From: Dubosiella newyorkensis
Lineage (GTDB): Bacteria; Bacillota_I; Bacilli_A; Erysipelotrichales; Erysipelotrichaceae
Length of the DNA: 32,000 nucleotides
Direction of reading: 5' to 3'
Assembly (NCBI RefSeq): GCF_001945605.1
Contig: NZ_MPKA01000021.1
Span: 30,001 to 62,000 of the forward strand
The notes under the pieces are model-generated. The model saw nothing but the letters and a program-made list of their open reading frames with translations, searched no databases and was not told where the DNA came from. The translations under genes were made by a program, and so were the position numbers. The first letter of the stretch is position 1, and every line of letters starts with the position of its first letter. Shown here in pieces: positions 1 through 9,835 of this stretch.

Positions 1-25
1 TTGACAATAATCTTTTTGATATAAA

Positions 26-1489
26 TTATAGGCTTTCTTCAACTTCTGCGTTCATCGCGTCCAATTTTGATTTGATTTCTGTCATTTTCTTTTTCGAAAG
101 TGGATACCAGAAGATCAAGATCAAGGCGATCACGATATAACCAACAGCAGGAACACCAGTTGTTACTGAGTAGATCGCGCTCGTTACCGCTTCGCTTTGA
201 ACGATTGCTTGTCCGCCTGTGCTCACTTGGTACCCGATCGCACTGATCACGAAACCACCAAGACCACCAGCCAAGGCTTGTCCGATCTTACGAGAGAAAG
301 AGTAGACTCCATAAACCGTTCCGCCGTCGCAAGAACCTGTTTCAACCGTTTGATAGTCGATCACGTCCGAGATGAACGCCCACAACATCAAGTTGAAGAT
401 TCCAGATCCAATATTGGCGAAGAACAAGATTCCACAGTAGAGCCATGCATTTTGAATGCGAGCGAAGAACAAGAATGCGTAAATTGCGGCTGAGAATAAC
501 AAACCGAACGCGGACGCTTCTTTTTTACCGAACTTGTCGGCGATCTTACCAGCGAATGGAGCTAAAAGCAGCGTACAAGCAGTCATCATCATTCCAGCTA
601 CCGACATCGCTCCGATGTTTTTGAAGTAGTCCATGTAGAGATACATATTCATCGATTGTGCCAAAAGCATTGCAAGAAGCGATACGATAGCAGCTGCGAT
701 CATCGAAACAAGCGCGCGGTTCGTTACAAGCGCCTTAACAAGGTCTTTTGCAGACAATTGTTTTTGGTTCGAGTTGTCGACGATGATTCTTTCTACCGAC
801 CATTTGTAGCAGATCGTGTAGCAGATCAGTGCGAGAACAGCGAAGATGCAGGCAACCATGAATACACGGTTTCCTTGAAGCACTTGGTTTCCGGCTGCAT
901 CTGTCGTATATACGAAGAGTGGTGTCAAAGAACCAACAAACAATCCTGCTAGCGATGCGCCGATCGAGCGGAATGTCGAAAGCATAGCGCGCTCTCCTGG
1001 TTTATCCGTGATCGCCGATGCCATCGAACCGTAAGGAATGTTGATTCCAGTGTAGCAGAAGCTTCCCCATAAAATATAAGTCACGAAGATATATACGATT
1101 CTAAACGTGTATGGTAGATGAGCGACCCAAGGCACGAACATCATAACACCTGCAGCAACTACTGGAAGCATCATTCTTTTGATCCATGGACGATAGCGTC
1201 CTGCAGCATTCGGTTTAGATTTATCGACGATCCGTCCCATTCCAATATCCGTGAACGCATCAACGCAGCGGCTTACCAAGAAGAGCGTTCCGACTAGAGC
1301 CCCTGGGATCCCAAGAACGTTCGTGTAGAATACCATCAAAAAGCTAGAGGCAAGAATGAAGAAGAAGTCGTTTCCGAAATCTCCGCACATATAGGCGATT
1401 TTGTCTTTCCATCCAAAAGGTCTATGAGCCGCGCGTTCTTCTTCTTGTTGAAGAGCCGCTTTGGCTTTTACATCTGAAACATTGATCAT
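26..1489 (-). CDS. GPH-family (MelB/YicJ-like) glycoside-pentoside-hexuronide:cation symporter
   Basis: 487-aa ORF with about 12 hydrophobic segments. The N-terminal KDKIAYMCGDFGNDFFF...SRCVDAFTDIGMGRIVD loop is typical of GPH/MFS sugar symporters. AAGGAG lies 8 nt upstream of the ATG at 1489. Confidence 0.8.
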   Translation of the reverse strand: MINVSDVKAKAALQQEEERAAHRPFGWKDKIAYMCGDFGNDFFFILASSFLMVFYTNVLGIPGALVGTLFLVSRCVDAFTDIGMGRIVDKSKPNAAGRYRPWIKRMMLPVVAAGVMMFVPWVAHLPYTFRIVYIFVTYILWGSFCYTGINIPYGSMASAITDKPGERAMLSTFRSIGASLAGLFVGSLTPLFVYTTDAAGNQVLQGNRVFMVACIFAVLALICYTICYKWSVERIIVDNSNQKQLSAKDLVKALVTNRALVSMIAAAIVSLLAMLLAQSMNMYLYMDYFKNIGAMSVAGMMMTACTLLLAPFAGKIADKFGKKEASAFGLLFSAAIYAFLFFARIQNAWLYCGILFFANIGSGIFNLMLWAFISDVIDYQTVETGSCDGGTVYGVYSFSRKIGQALAGGLGGFVISAIGYQVSTGGQAIVQSEAVTSAIYSVTTGVPAVGYIVIALILIFWYPLSKKKMTEIKSKLDAMNAEVEESL

Positions 1490-1560
1490 AGTATTGTCTC
1501 CTTTTCTTTGTTTCTCTCACTCACCTTGATAAGCGTTTTCAAAAGAAGCTGGCTTTCCTT

Positions 1561-1574
1561 TGAAAGCGCTATCA
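1561..1574. promoter_or_regulatory. cre-like CcpA operator in the leader of the symporter gene
   Basis: TGAAAGCGCTATCA (+ strand reading) fits the 14-nt cre consensus TGNAARCGNWWWCA at every constrained position. It lies about 70 nt upstream of the symporter start codon. Confidence 0.45.
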
Positions 1575-1777
1575 CGTGAGCACATGAATAGAATACTCGA
1601 TAATCCAAGAAAATAATACACCATTTCTTGTTATGTACATTGCATAAATTGTTATTGTATTCCTCTCATATATATAATAAAGTTCTTTATTTATAGGAAT
1701 TTGTCCTTTTTATTAAGTTATCATAAAACAATATTAACAATGTCAAATTCTTTGTTGAAAAGCCTTTTCATCCACCC

Positions 1778-1804
1778 AAAAAAAAAGGAAGCACTTAAGC
1801 TTCC
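1778..1804 (-). terminator. Rho-independent terminator of the Na/Pi cotransporter gene
   Basis: Minus-strand GGAAGCTTAAGTGCTTCC hairpin (6-bp GC-rich stem) overlaps the TAA stop and is followed by T9. Confidence 0.75.
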
Positions 1805-3420
1805 TGAAGGGTGTAGCGAGCTAATCGCTCCGCATGATCTGAAATACTTTCATAATAATCGATCACATCTAAAAACAAGATCCCATTTTCAATGCCTTGT
1901 CGATTATCGAGCATCCGCTTCATATATCGGCTACGAAGGTCGGTTTCGATCGCGTCGACGCTGTCTTCATGTTTTTCGACTTTTTCAAACACTTCAACAT
2001 CCCCTTCTTCACGCAATCTCAAGGCATATTTTAATGTCTTATACGCGTGATGGGAGATCGTATTGATGTCTTCGCGTTCGTTTTCGCTGATCTTGATGTC
2101 TAACATATCCTTCGCTCGATCCATGATATGCGAACAATACACAGAGATTCGTTCGATATTATTCAAGGCCAAGATCGAGTGCTGCATTTGCAGCTGCTGT
2201 TCTGGGGTTAAATACGATGCGTCAAATTTTTCAAGATAGGTCGTGATTTCATTTTTGTATTCTTTGATTTTAGCCTTGTTTTTACTCAGCTTCTCAAAAG
2301 CGCTCTCGTCAAAGAACAGATCCCGTGAATAGGTAATGGATTCGAGCGCCATCGATCCTAGATTCAAGATTTCTTGAAAGACAGTCTGCAGCGCGATCAG
2401 AGGCGTTTCTAAAAGGCGGTCGTCTAGAATTGGACGTCTTGCGCTCTCTTCTTCGTGGGCAGGTATGATCCGTTTTGCGATCTTTACTAAAAGATTCGCG
2501 AATGGGAACAATAACACTGTAGTCACAATATTAAAGCCTGTATGGAAAAGAGCTAATGAGGTTCCGCTCACATTGCTAGCGGCCACAGCAGGATTTAGCG
2601 CAAAATAAATCCAAATTACAGTTCCTACGATCAAAGATCCTATGATATTGAACAATAGATGAAGAGTAGCCGCCCGTTTCGCATTCTGATTGGCTCCAAT
2701 ACATGATAAAAGCGCTGTGACGCACGTTCCGATATTTTGACCTAAAGCGATAAAAGCAGCCGCTCCCCAATTCACAACTCCATTGAAGGCCAATGTTTGT
2801 AAGATTCCCATGGATGCGGATGAGGATTGGATCACAGCCGTGACGATCGCTCCGACCAAAAGCCCGAAAATCGGATTCGAACCAATGATCGTAAACGCTT
2901 GGTAAAAGATCGGCTCTTCCGAATACGGCTTGATCGCTCCCGACATTGTCCCTAAGCCAATAAACAAGATCCCAAAGCCAACTAAGATCCCGGCGACTTC
3001 CTTCACTCTATCTTTTTTAGAAAACAGAAATAAGATCGTTCCGATGATCAATAAGATCGGCGCGAAGAAATCCGGTTTGAAGATGCTTCCCCACTCTGAC
3101 ATAGATACGAGCCAGCCTGTCATCGTCGTTCCGATATTAGCTCCCATGATGACACCGATCGCTTGGGAAAGATTCATCAAGCCGGCGTTCACAAATCCTA
3201 CGACCATGACCGTTGTCGCAGACGAAGATTGAATGATGGCTGTGATCAGGGCGCCTACTAAGACTCCGATCAATCGATTGTTCGTTAAGATTCCTAGTAA
3301 ATTCCGGGTTTTGGCGCCAGCGGCTTTTTGTAGACCATCGGCCATGAGCTGCATGCCATAAATAAACATACCGAGTCCTCCGCCAAAGGCCAGGACGCTT
3401 TTTACTATATCCAAATTCAT
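1795..3420 (-). CDS. Na/Pi cotransporter family protein with C-terminal PhoU-like helical domain
   Basis: 541 aa. It has duplicated membrane halves, each with a QSSSAT/QSSSAS motif (IIQSSSATTVMVVGF, VIQSSSASMGILQTL). A soluble helical C-terminal region of about 200 aa follows, as in NptA/YjbB-type proteins. Confidence 0.85.
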   Translation of the reverse strand: MNLDIVKSVLAFGGGLGMFIYGMQLMADGLQKAAGAKTRNLLGILTNNRLIGVLVGALITAIIQSSSATTVMVVGFVNAGLMNLSQAIGVIMGANIGTTMTGWLVSMSEWGSIFKPDFFAPILLIIGTILFLFSKKDRVKEVAGILVGFGILFIGLGTMSGAIKPYSEEPIFYQAFTIIGSNPIFGLLVGAIVTAVIQSSSASMGILQTLAFNGVVNWGAAAFIALGQNIGTCVTALLSCIGANQNAKRAATLHLLFNIIGSLIVGTVIWIYFALNPAVAASNVSGTSLALFHTGFNIVTTVLLFPFANLLVKIAKRIIPAHEEESARRPILDDRLLETPLIALQTVFQEILNLGSMALESITYSRDLFFDESAFEKLSKNKAKIKEYKNEITTYLEKFDASYLTPEQQLQMQHSILALNNIERISVYCSHIMDRAKDMLDIKISENEREDINTISHHAYKTLKYALRLREEGDVEVFEKVEKHEDSVDAIETDLRSRYMKRMLDNRQGIENGILFLDVIDYYESISDHAERLARYTLQEA

Positions 3421-3541
3421 AAAAATCCTTTCTAGTTATTTCCTTTGTATCATATCAAACCCTTAACTCTGGGATGTAAAACGTTTGTTAAGGAGTTGAG
3501 AAATAATTTACATAGAATTAACATAGAAAGGATTGTTTTGT

Positions 3542-4810
3542 TTATCGGAACAATTTATGTTTTACATTTCGAAGCATCGTATACATTCTGAACTCCGAAG
3601 GCTTCGCCGTATAGGTGAAATCGCCAACCAATTCCGCCACACACGCATTAAAGCTGCGTTTGAATGTAAAGACGCCATAATCTTCCGCGCTTTCATGGAA
3701 GTTTCCGCTGATTCCATAAAAGTTATAGCGAGAGCAATGATGATCGATCGCCATCTGGATCATATGCCATTGGATCATGAATGAACCCGCAAAGCGGTTG
3801 AGGTCTTTATTGGAACCAGAAAATAAGTACAGAGTTTCATAATCCGTCAACATAAAGCAAGCGGCTGCAAGATTAAGAACGGTTCCATATTTTTCTTTAT
3901 ATTCCTTGATTTCCTTTAATTTGCGATGGCACCCTTCGATCGCGTATTCGGCTTCTTTCTTGCGGTTGATCTTCTTTTGGGAATCGGGCGTTTTTTTAAG
4001 GTCTTCAAGTGCTTTAGCTAAGATTTTTTCTTGACGCGCTTGATCGTTCAAGACGTTTCGTTCGTATTCGTCTAGATCGATATACGCCAAGCACGCTTTA
4101 AAATGATCTTGGAAGTTGTCGTAATAGGCTTCGTACTTGGAAATGTTTGGCGACTCAAAGTCGCGGATCTCACCAGCGATATCGACGAGCTCTTTTAATA
4201 TATAAAGTTCTTCGCGTTTGAGTTCTTTGACTTTGACGCCCATTTTTTCAGCATTTCTAATACTTTGGCGCGTATTGGTATGCATCGCTTTAAAGATGTC
4301 TTGATTTGTTTTTCCTTCTAGGTCGAGAATGGACATCCAACGAGGTTCAAAGTTCGGATCGTGTCCATTACGAAAGCCTGAATGGATAAATCCTTCTCGT
4401 TCAAAGAGCTGGATGAGTTCGTCTCTTTTCTTTCCTTCCACGACATAACCGTTCAAATCGTGATCTTGATAGTCGATATAGGGATCCGTTCTGAAATATA
4501 AACAATCATGTTCATTTAAATAAATCTTCAGCTCTGTCAAAAACGCTTCGACTAGATCCAAAGCATCGTAGTCGATCAAAAAACCACGTAAAGACATATA
4601 TAATTTTTTTCCCATAAAAACAGGCAGCGAAACGAGTACAGCGCTTGCTTTGATCGTATCGCCATCTTTGAGCGCGACGCATTGATAATCCCAGCTCGGA
4701 TTGGAATTTTTTCGCATCTTCGCCATTTCGAGAGATTGCCAAAAGTTTTTTTCTTTATATTGATCTCGGAATTTTGTATATTCCTCTTCACTGATTTCTA
4801 AAAATTCCAT
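3542..4810 (-). CDS. FemAB-family peptidoglycan interpeptide-bridge aminoacyltransferase
   Basis: 422 aa. Length and layout fit FemA/FemX/MurM: two GNAT-like halves split by a Lys/Glu-rich coiled-coil insert (KILAKALEDLKKTPDSQKKINRKKEAEYAIEGCHRKLKEIKEYKEKY). The C-terminal YNFYGISG...GVFTFKRSF block is also consistent. Confidence 0.8.
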   Translation of the reverse strand: MEFLEISEEEYTKFRDQYKEKNFWQSLEMAKMRKNSNPSWDYQCVALKDGDTIKASAVLVSLPVFMGKKLYMSLRGFLIDYDALDLVEAFLTELKIYLNEHDCLYFRTDPYIDYQDHDLNGYVVEGKKRDELIQLFEREGFIHSGFRNGHDPNFEPRWMSILDLEGKTNQDIFKAMHTNTRQSIRNAEKMGVKVKELKREELYILKELVDIAGEIRDFESPNISKYEAYYDNFQDHFKACLAYIDLDEYERNVLNDQARQEKILAKALEDLKKTPDSQKKINRKKEAEYAIEGCHRKLKEIKEYKEKYGTVLNLAAACFMLTDYETLYLFSGSNKDLNRFAGSFMIQWHMIQMAIDHHCSRYNFYGISGNFHESAEDYGVFTFKRSFNACVAELVGDFTYTAKPSEFRMYTMLRNVKHKLFR

Positions 4811-4836
4811 ATGAAACCTCCATCGAAAGATTATAG

Positions 4837-4863
4837 CATAAAAAAGCCGTCCAAGGACGGCTT
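4837..4863 (-). terminator. Rho-independent terminator after gpmI
   Basis: Minus-strand AAGCCGTCCTTGGACGGCTT hairpin followed by TTTTTAT, 17 nt past the gpmI stop. Confidence 0.75.
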
Positions 4864-4879
4864 ATGCGTGTTTTTCGAT

Positions 4880-6460
4880 TTACTTCGCTTTTTCGATCAA
4901 CGAAGGATTCCAATGTTCGTTTGGTTTTACATCAAGAAGCTGGCAAACTGTTGCCGCGATATTGGAAAGTCCAAGATCGTCTCCTTGTTTCAATTCAACA
5001 TCGGCGTTGTAGACGATGAAAGGCACTTTATTCAAAGTGTGCGATGTTTTCGCTTTATGGACAGCCTCGTCTGGTTTTGGTTTATCGTACATTTCATCCG
5101 CGTTTCCGTGGTCAGCCGTGATCAAAAGGATCGCGTTGGCTTGATCGACCGCTTTGAGCACACGGCCCAACGCGAGATCGACCGCTTCTACACCAATGAT
5201 CGTCGCTTCAAGATTACCTGTATGTCCGACCATGTCCCCATTTGGATAGTTTGTACGTAAGAATTGGTATTCGCCAGATGTGATCGCTTCGCAAAGCTGA
5301 TCCGTGATCTCTGCGGATTTCATCCATGGACGTTGTTCAAATGGAATCACATCGCTAGGGATCTCCACATATGTTTCAAGCGTGTCATCGAATTTTTCCG
5401 AACGATTTCCATTCCAGAAATAAGTGACGTGTCCGTATTTCTGCGTTTCGGAGATGGCGTATTCGTTGATACCTTCTTTAACGAGTTGTTCTGTCAATGT
5501 GTATTTGATTTTTGGAGGTTCCGTCAAATACTTTTTAGGGATATTCAAATCCGCATCGTATTGAAGCATTCCAGCGAATTTAACATCGGGTTTACGAACC
5601 CGATCGAACTTATCGAATTCTTCTTCATCGAACGCTTTGCAGATTTCTTGCGCGCGATCACCTCTGAAGTTGAACAAGATCACACTATCGCCATCTTCGA
5701 TCGTTCCAACAGGCTCTTCTCCATCTACGATCACAAAGCCAGGTAGGTCTTGGTCGACTACGCTAGTTTCTTTACGGTACGTTTCGATCGCTTCTGTGGC
5801 GGATTTAAATTTTCTTCCTTCCCCTAATACGTGGATCTTCCAGCCTTCTTCGACCATAGGCCAATTGGCTTCGTAACGGTCCATCGTGATTTGCATTCTT
5901 CCTCCGCCCGATGCGATACGAGCATCGAACGTGTCGTCGTTGAGATCATTCATGAAGTTTTCGATTTCATCGACATATTGAAGTGCGGATGTTTCTGGTA
6001 CGTCGCGTCCATCTAATAAGGCGTGTACGCGAACTTTATGGACACCTTCTTCTTTGGCTTGCTTGATCAAAGCTTCCAAGTGTTTGATGTGCGAATGCAC
6101 GTTTCCATCCGAGAGAAGGCCGATAAAGTGCATTGTATGATCTTTTGCTCCTTCAACGAGTTCCTTCCAAGTGGCAGAATTGAATAATTCTTTCGAATCG
6201 ATATTTTCATTGACAAGCTTAGCGCCTTGCGAATAGATTTGTCCGCATCCGATCGCATTATGTCCAACTTCTGAATTTCCCATATCTCCATTTGTTGGAA
6301 GTCCAACAGCGAGGCCGTGCGCTCTTAATTCTGTATGAGGGCATTCTTTCCATAGTTTGTCTAGATGAGGTGTATAGGCCATTTTTACGGCATTCCCTAA
6401 AGTATTATCACTTAATCCAACGCCATCCATGACAACTAGGACAACAGGTCTTTTTTCCAT
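4880..6460 (-). CDS. gpmI: 2,3-bisphosphoglycerate-independent phosphoglycerate mutase
   Basis: MEKRPVVLVVMDGVGL N-terminus, GNSEVGHNAIG, and the metal-site ITADHGNADEM motif. I moved the start to the ATG at 6460, which has AGGAGG 6 nt upstream. The 14-codon extension to 6502 in the ORF track has no SD. Confidence 0.9.
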   Translation of the reverse strand: MEKRPVVLVVMDGVGLSDNTLGNAVKMAYTPHLDKLWKECPHTELRAHGLAVGLPTNGDMGNSEVGHNAIGCGQIYSQGAKLVNENIDSKELFNSATWKELVEGAKDHTMHFIGLLSDGNVHSHIKHLEALIKQAKEEGVHKVRVHALLDGRDVPETSALQYVDEIENFMNDLNDDTFDARIASGGGRMQITMDRYEANWPMVEEGWKIHVLGEGRKFKSATEAIETYRKETSVVDQDLPGFVIVDGEEPVGTIEDGDSVILFNFRGDRAQEICKAFDEEEFDKFDRVRKPDVKFAGMLQYDADLNIPKKYLTEPPKIKYTLTEQLVKEGINEYAISETQKYGHVTYFWNGNRSEKFDDTLETYVEIPSDVIPFEQRPWMKSAEITDQLCEAITSGEYQFLRTNYPNGDMVGHTGNLEATIIGVEAVDLALGRVLKAVDQANAILLITADHGNADEMYDKPKPDEAVHKAKTSHTLNKVPFIVYNADVELKQGDDLGLSNIAATVCQLLDVKPNEHWNPSLIEKAK

Positions 6461-6523
6461 GATTTTTCCTCCTATTTTCCTATAAAAGTGTATCACTTTC
6501 ATAGATTTGATTCAATTAGCCGA

Positions 6524-6553
6524 TGAAAAAAGGACAGAATTACTCTGCCCTTT
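6524..6553 (-). terminator. Rho-independent terminator after the PPi-PFK gene
   Basis: Minus-strand AAAGGGCAGAGTAATTCTGTCCTTT hairpin (one A.C mismatch) followed by TTTTC. Confidence 0.6.
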
Positions 6554-6559
6554 ATTGAA

Positions 6560-8218
6560 TTATTCTTTTTCTAAAGCAAGCGTGCGTGTCGTTAGATCGC
6601 AAACTTCGCTTGGTCCATAATATTGGATCGCTCCTGGGAATACGAATGCTGTTTCCACTGCCCATTTGTCGCGGTTATCTTCGAAGAACTTGAATGGTTT
6701 TCCATCGAGTTCAACAAGCGCCTTGCGAATAACTGGCTTATCCTCTCCATGACGGCGTTCGATGTTCATCATTTTCGTGATCGGCATTCCGCCAGCTACC
6801 CATTCTTCTGCAGGCTTAGACAAGTTGGAGATCTTTGAAAGATATCCATTGAAACCATATTGAATAAGCATCGCTGCGTTATAGCCTAACGAATAGCAAT
6901 AGTCGGCGTCAAAGTTCGATGGGAACGCGCAGCGTCCTTCGTATCCGAAGAAGTGATGCAGCGGATTGAATTTACCCGTGTATGTTCCTTTTTCTTTGCG
7001 TTCTTTCAATTTATCCGCAACAAGAGCCGAGAAAAGCTTTTCGGATTCGATCAAAGAAACTTGAACGTTTCCATGTGGATCGCGTTCCAAGAAGAGCTGT
7101 TGCTGGATCGTTTCAGGTAAGATCTTGAACACATCCATCGCTTCTTTGCTCAAGCCGTTTTCGATAAATTCATATTTCTCTTTCCAAGTCGGTAGCGCGT
7201 TGAACGCTTCCGCTTTTTCTCCAGCCAAGAGCTCGTTGATCTCGGCGATCAAAGCGGAGAATTCCGGAACGAATTCAACAACACCTTCTGGAATGATCGC
7301 AACACCAAAGTTTTCGCCATTGGCAGCGCGTTTTTCTACTGAATCCGCGATATAATCAGCGATCTGCGAAAGCGACATCTTCTTGGCAGCGACCTCTTCG
7401 GAAATCAAGCAAATATTTGGTTGCGTTTCAAGCGCGCACTCTAAAGCTACGTGAGAAGCCGAACGACCCATCACTTTGATAAAGTGCCAATACTTTTTCG
7501 CCGAATTGGCATCCCGTTCGATGTTCCCAATCAATTCGCTATATGTTTTTGTCGCAGTGTCAAAACCGAACGAACATTCGATATCTTCGTTTTTCAAATC
7601 GCCATCGATCGTTTTTGGACAACCGATTACTTGCACACCACTGTTGTTGGCCGCGAAATATTCCGCCAATACGGCAGCGTTCGTATTGGAGTCATCCCCA
7701 CCGATGATCACGATCGCGTCAATACCATGTTTTTTGCACACTTCAGCGGCAATCGCGAATTGTTCTGGCGTTTCAAGTTTTGTACGTCCAGATCCGATGA
7801 TATCAAATCCGCCTGTATTGCGGTATTCATCGATATAATCATCAGTAAAGACGATAAAGTCATCTTCGATCAGACCGCTTGGACCATTCTTGAATCCGAT
7901 CAACTCATTTTCAGGATTAGAAGCTTTCAAAGCGTCATAAAGACCGCTGATGACATTGTGTCCGCCTGGGGCTTGGCCACCAGAAAGAATAACTCCGACT
8001 TTGCGTTTCTTCGTTTCAGCCGTGTTCTCTCCTTTTTCAAAAGTGATCTCGTTCTTTCCATATGTGTTCGGGAAGAGAGCTTGGATCTTTTCTTGATCCG
8101 CTACACTTTGTGTAGGTTCCCCTTCTTTCACACTGATTTCTGAAATACCGTTTCTCAGCATCCCAGGCAGCTTTGGTTCATACTCGTACCGTGCCTTTTG
8201 CAAAGGTGAAATTTTCAT
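6560..8218 (-). CDS. pfp: Diphosphate (PPi)-dependent fructose-6-phosphate 1-phosphotransferase, long type
   Basis: 552 aa. The [10 protein letters not shown] motif (Asp where ATP-PFKs have GGDGS) and [10 protein letters not shown] (Lys) are the PPi-specificity signatures. The N-terminal [18 protein letters not shown] is typical of long PPi-PFKs. Confidence 0.9.
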   Translation of the reverse strand: MKISPLQKARYEYEPKLPGMLRNGISEISVKEGEPTQSVADQEKIQALFPNTYGKNEITFEKGENTAETKKRKVGVILSGGQAPGGHNVISGLYDALKASNPENELIGFKNGPSGLIEDDFIVFTDDYIDEYRNTGGFDIIGSGRTKLETPEQFAIAAEVCKKHGIDAIVIIGGDDSNTNAAVLAEYFAANNSGVQVIGCPKTIDGDLKNEDIECSFGFDTATKTYSELIGNIERDANSAKKYWHFIKVMGRSASHVALECALETQPNICLISEEVAAKKMSLSQIADYIADSVEKRAANGENFGVAIIPEGVVEFVPEFSALIAEINELLAGEKAEAFNALPTWKEKYEFIENGLSKEAMDVFKILPETIQQQLFLERDPHGNVQVSLIESEKLFSALVADKLKERKEKGTYTGKFNPLHHFFGYEGRCAFPSNFDADYCYSLGYNAAMLIQYGFNGYLSKISNLSKPAEEWVAGGMPITKMMNIERRHGEDKPVIRKALVELDGKPFKFFEDNRDKWAVETAFVFPGAIQYYGPSEVCDLTTRTLALEKE

Positions 8219-8246
8219 AGTAATATCTCCTCTTTTTTTCGTCTAA

Positions 8247-8275
8247 ATTATAAAATAGCCAATCCAAAATGTAAA
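8247..8275 (-). promoter_or_regulatory. Sigma-A type promoter for pfp
   Basis: Minus strand reads TTTACA, a 17-nt spacer, then TATAAT (-35 at 8270-8275, -10 at 8247-8252). It sits about 30 nt upstream of the pfp SD (AGAGGAG). Confidence 0.45.
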
Positions 8276-8299
8276 TGATATCTGAAATCGAAGCGCTCC

Positions 8300-8330
8300 C
8301 AAAAAAAAGAAACGCGAAATTTCGCGTTCC
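8300..8330 (-). terminator. Rho-independent terminator after the amino-acid ABC operon (hairpin is symmetric)
   Basis: AACGCGAAATTTCGCGTT palindrome followed on the minus strand by TCTTTTTTTT, 4 nt after the ATPase stop. Confidence 0.7.
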
Positions 8331-8333
8331 TTT

Positions 8334-9089
8334 TTACGCTTCCGTTTGTCTTGAAGAAGCAAATCTTGATAAAAACTGACGTGTTCTTTCTTGTTTAGGG
8401 TGCTCGAACAATTCATTCGGATTCCCTTGTTCGGCGATCACACCCTTATCCATAAAGATCACACGGTCGCTGACATCTTTGGCAAACTGCATCTCGTGAG
8501 TGACGATCACCATCGTCAACCCTTGCTTCGCTAAAGATTTCATGACATCCAGCACGTCCCCGACCATTTCTGGGTCAAGGGCGCTTGTCGGTTCATCGAA
8601 TAGAAGGACTTCCGGATCCATGCAAAGTGCTCTAGCGATCGCCACCCGTTGTTTTTGTCCACCCGAAAGACGCGTGCTGTCCGCATTGGCGAACGCTTCC
8701 ATTCCGACTTGCTTCAAGGCAGCCATCGCTCTTTGTTTCGCTTCTTCCTTCGATCGTTTCAAAACTTTCGTCTGCCCGATCATACAGTTTTGGAGCACGC
8801 TCAAATTATTGAATAAGTTAAACGATTGGAAGACCATGAGCATCTTGGAACGATACTTCCCAAGATCCATCTTGGTATCAAGAATATTTTGTTTGTCAAA
8901 TTTGATTTCGCCACCATCCGGGATCTCAAGCAAGTTGATGCAGCGCAGAAGTGTACTTTTTCCTGAACCCGAAGAACCAATGATCGTAACGACTTCTCCT
9001 TTATTGACATTAAAATCGATATCGTGTAACACGTGCAGATCTCCAAAGTGCTTTTGAAGATGGCGGATCTCAATGATTGGTTGTTCCAT
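8334..9089 (-). CDS. Polar amino-acid ABC transporter ATP-binding protein (GlnQ/HisP-like)
   Basis: 251 aa. Walker [10 protein letters not shown], signature [15 protein letters not shown], Walker [12 protein letters not shown], and a C-terminal FLSRF tail typical of the PAAT family. Confidence 0.9.
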   Translation of the reverse strand: MEQPIIEIRHLQKHFGDLHVLHDIDFNVNKGEVVTIIGSSGSGKSTLLRCINLLEIPDGGEIKFDKQNILDTKMDLGKYRSKMLMVFQSFNLFNNLSVLQNCMIGQTKVLKRSKEEAKQRAMAALKQVGMEAFANADSTRLSGGQKQRVAIARALCMDPEVLLFDEPTSALDPEMVGDVLDVMKSLAKQGLTMVIVTHEMQFAKDVSDRVIFMDKGVIAEQGNPNELFEHPKQERTRQFLSRFASSRQTEA

Positions 9090-9101
9090 ATTTCCTCCTT
9101 G

Positions 9102-9830
9102 TCAAGCACTCATATCCTTATGAGAGACTGTACTTGTCTTATTGATCTTACGTTCAGCGAAATTCAAGAGCGCGGTCGCGCCAGTCGTCAAGATCAAATA
9201 CAAGATCGCGGTCACAAAGTATACTTCAATATAACGGAATTGAGAACCCGCTACTGAAACGGCCTGGAAATATAATTCCGTTACCGCGATGGCGTTGAGC
9301 ATACAAGAATCCTTGATATTGACGATCAGCTGGTTTCCAATCGATGGGAACGTATTTTTGATCGCCTGCGGCAAAATGATATGCATCATCGCTTGATAAT
9401 TGGATAAGCCAAGCGATTTCGCCGCTTCGATCTGTCCACGATCGATCGACTGGATCCCTGAACGAATGATCTCCGCCATATAGGCTCCTGTATTGATCGA
9501 GATGATGATCATGCCCGCGCTAATTGGCGTCCAATTAAAGACAGGACGCAGCAGATAGTAGATAAAGAGCGCTTGGACCATCATTGGCGTCCCACGGAAC
9601 ACCCAAATATAAAAGCCAGCGATCGCTTGAAAAAATTTGATTATTGCTTTTTTCCATGGCTTATCTAGCGGATCTTCAGGAAGGCCGCGGATCGCTCCTA
9701 CGATCAAACCAATGATCAAGCCCCCGATCGTACCAACGATCGCAAACGATACTGTGATCTTGATCCCATACCAAAACATTGGCCAGTTTTCGAGGAACAT
9801 CTTCCAGCAATAGGCAAAATCGAGACGCAT
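9102..9830 (-). CDS. Polar amino-acid ABC transporter permease (HisM/GlnP-like)
   Basis: 242 aa with 5-6 TM segments. The EAA-loop-like IEAAKSLGLSNYQAMMHIILPQA is the PAAT permease signature. Confidence 0.85.
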   Translation of the reverse strand: MRLDFAYCWKMFLENWPMFWYGIKITVSFAIVGTIGGLIIGLIVGAIRGLPEDPLDKPWKKAIIKFFQAIAGFYIWVFRGTPMMVQALFIYYLLRPVFNWTPISAGMIIISINTGAYMAEIIRSGIQSIDRGQIEAAKSLGLSNYQAMMHIILPQAIKNTFPSIGNQLIVNIKDSCMLNAIAVTELYFQAVSVAGSQFRYIEVYFVTAILYLILTTGATALLNFAERKINKTSTVSHKDMSA

Positions 9831-9835
9831 CGAGC

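Noticed and set aside
1531-1545. Second cre-like element TGATAAGCGTTTTCA in the symporter leader
   Set aside because: It is 15 nt long, with one extra base relative to the 14-nt consensus, so the two half-sites are out of register. Only the site at 1561-1574 was kept.
1701-2066. 121-aa plus-strand ORF, and other plus-strand ORFs inside minus-strand genes (2930-3232, 4811-5260, 5264-5746, 12181-12666, 13333-13668, 21619-22056 and others)
   Set aside because: All are antisense to longer ORFs with clear family signatures. They lack SD sequences and recognisable motifs.
6461-6502. 14-codon N-terminal extension of gpmI in the ORF track
   Set aside because: The internal ATG at 6460 has a perfect AGGAGG SD and yields the canonical MEKRPVVLVVMDG N-terminus. 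The upstream ATG has no SD.
7451-8143. 230-aa plus-strand ORF (and the 120-aa ORF at 7476-7838)
   Set aside because: It lies entirely antisense to the well-supported pfp gene. The composition is low-complexity (Phe/Arg/Ile rich), there is no SD and no recognisable motif. This is a typical shadow ORF.
8500-9057. 185-aa plus-strand ORF
   Set aside because: It is antisense to the ABC ATPase gene, whose Walker A, signature and Walker B motifs are unambiguous. This is a shadow ORF.
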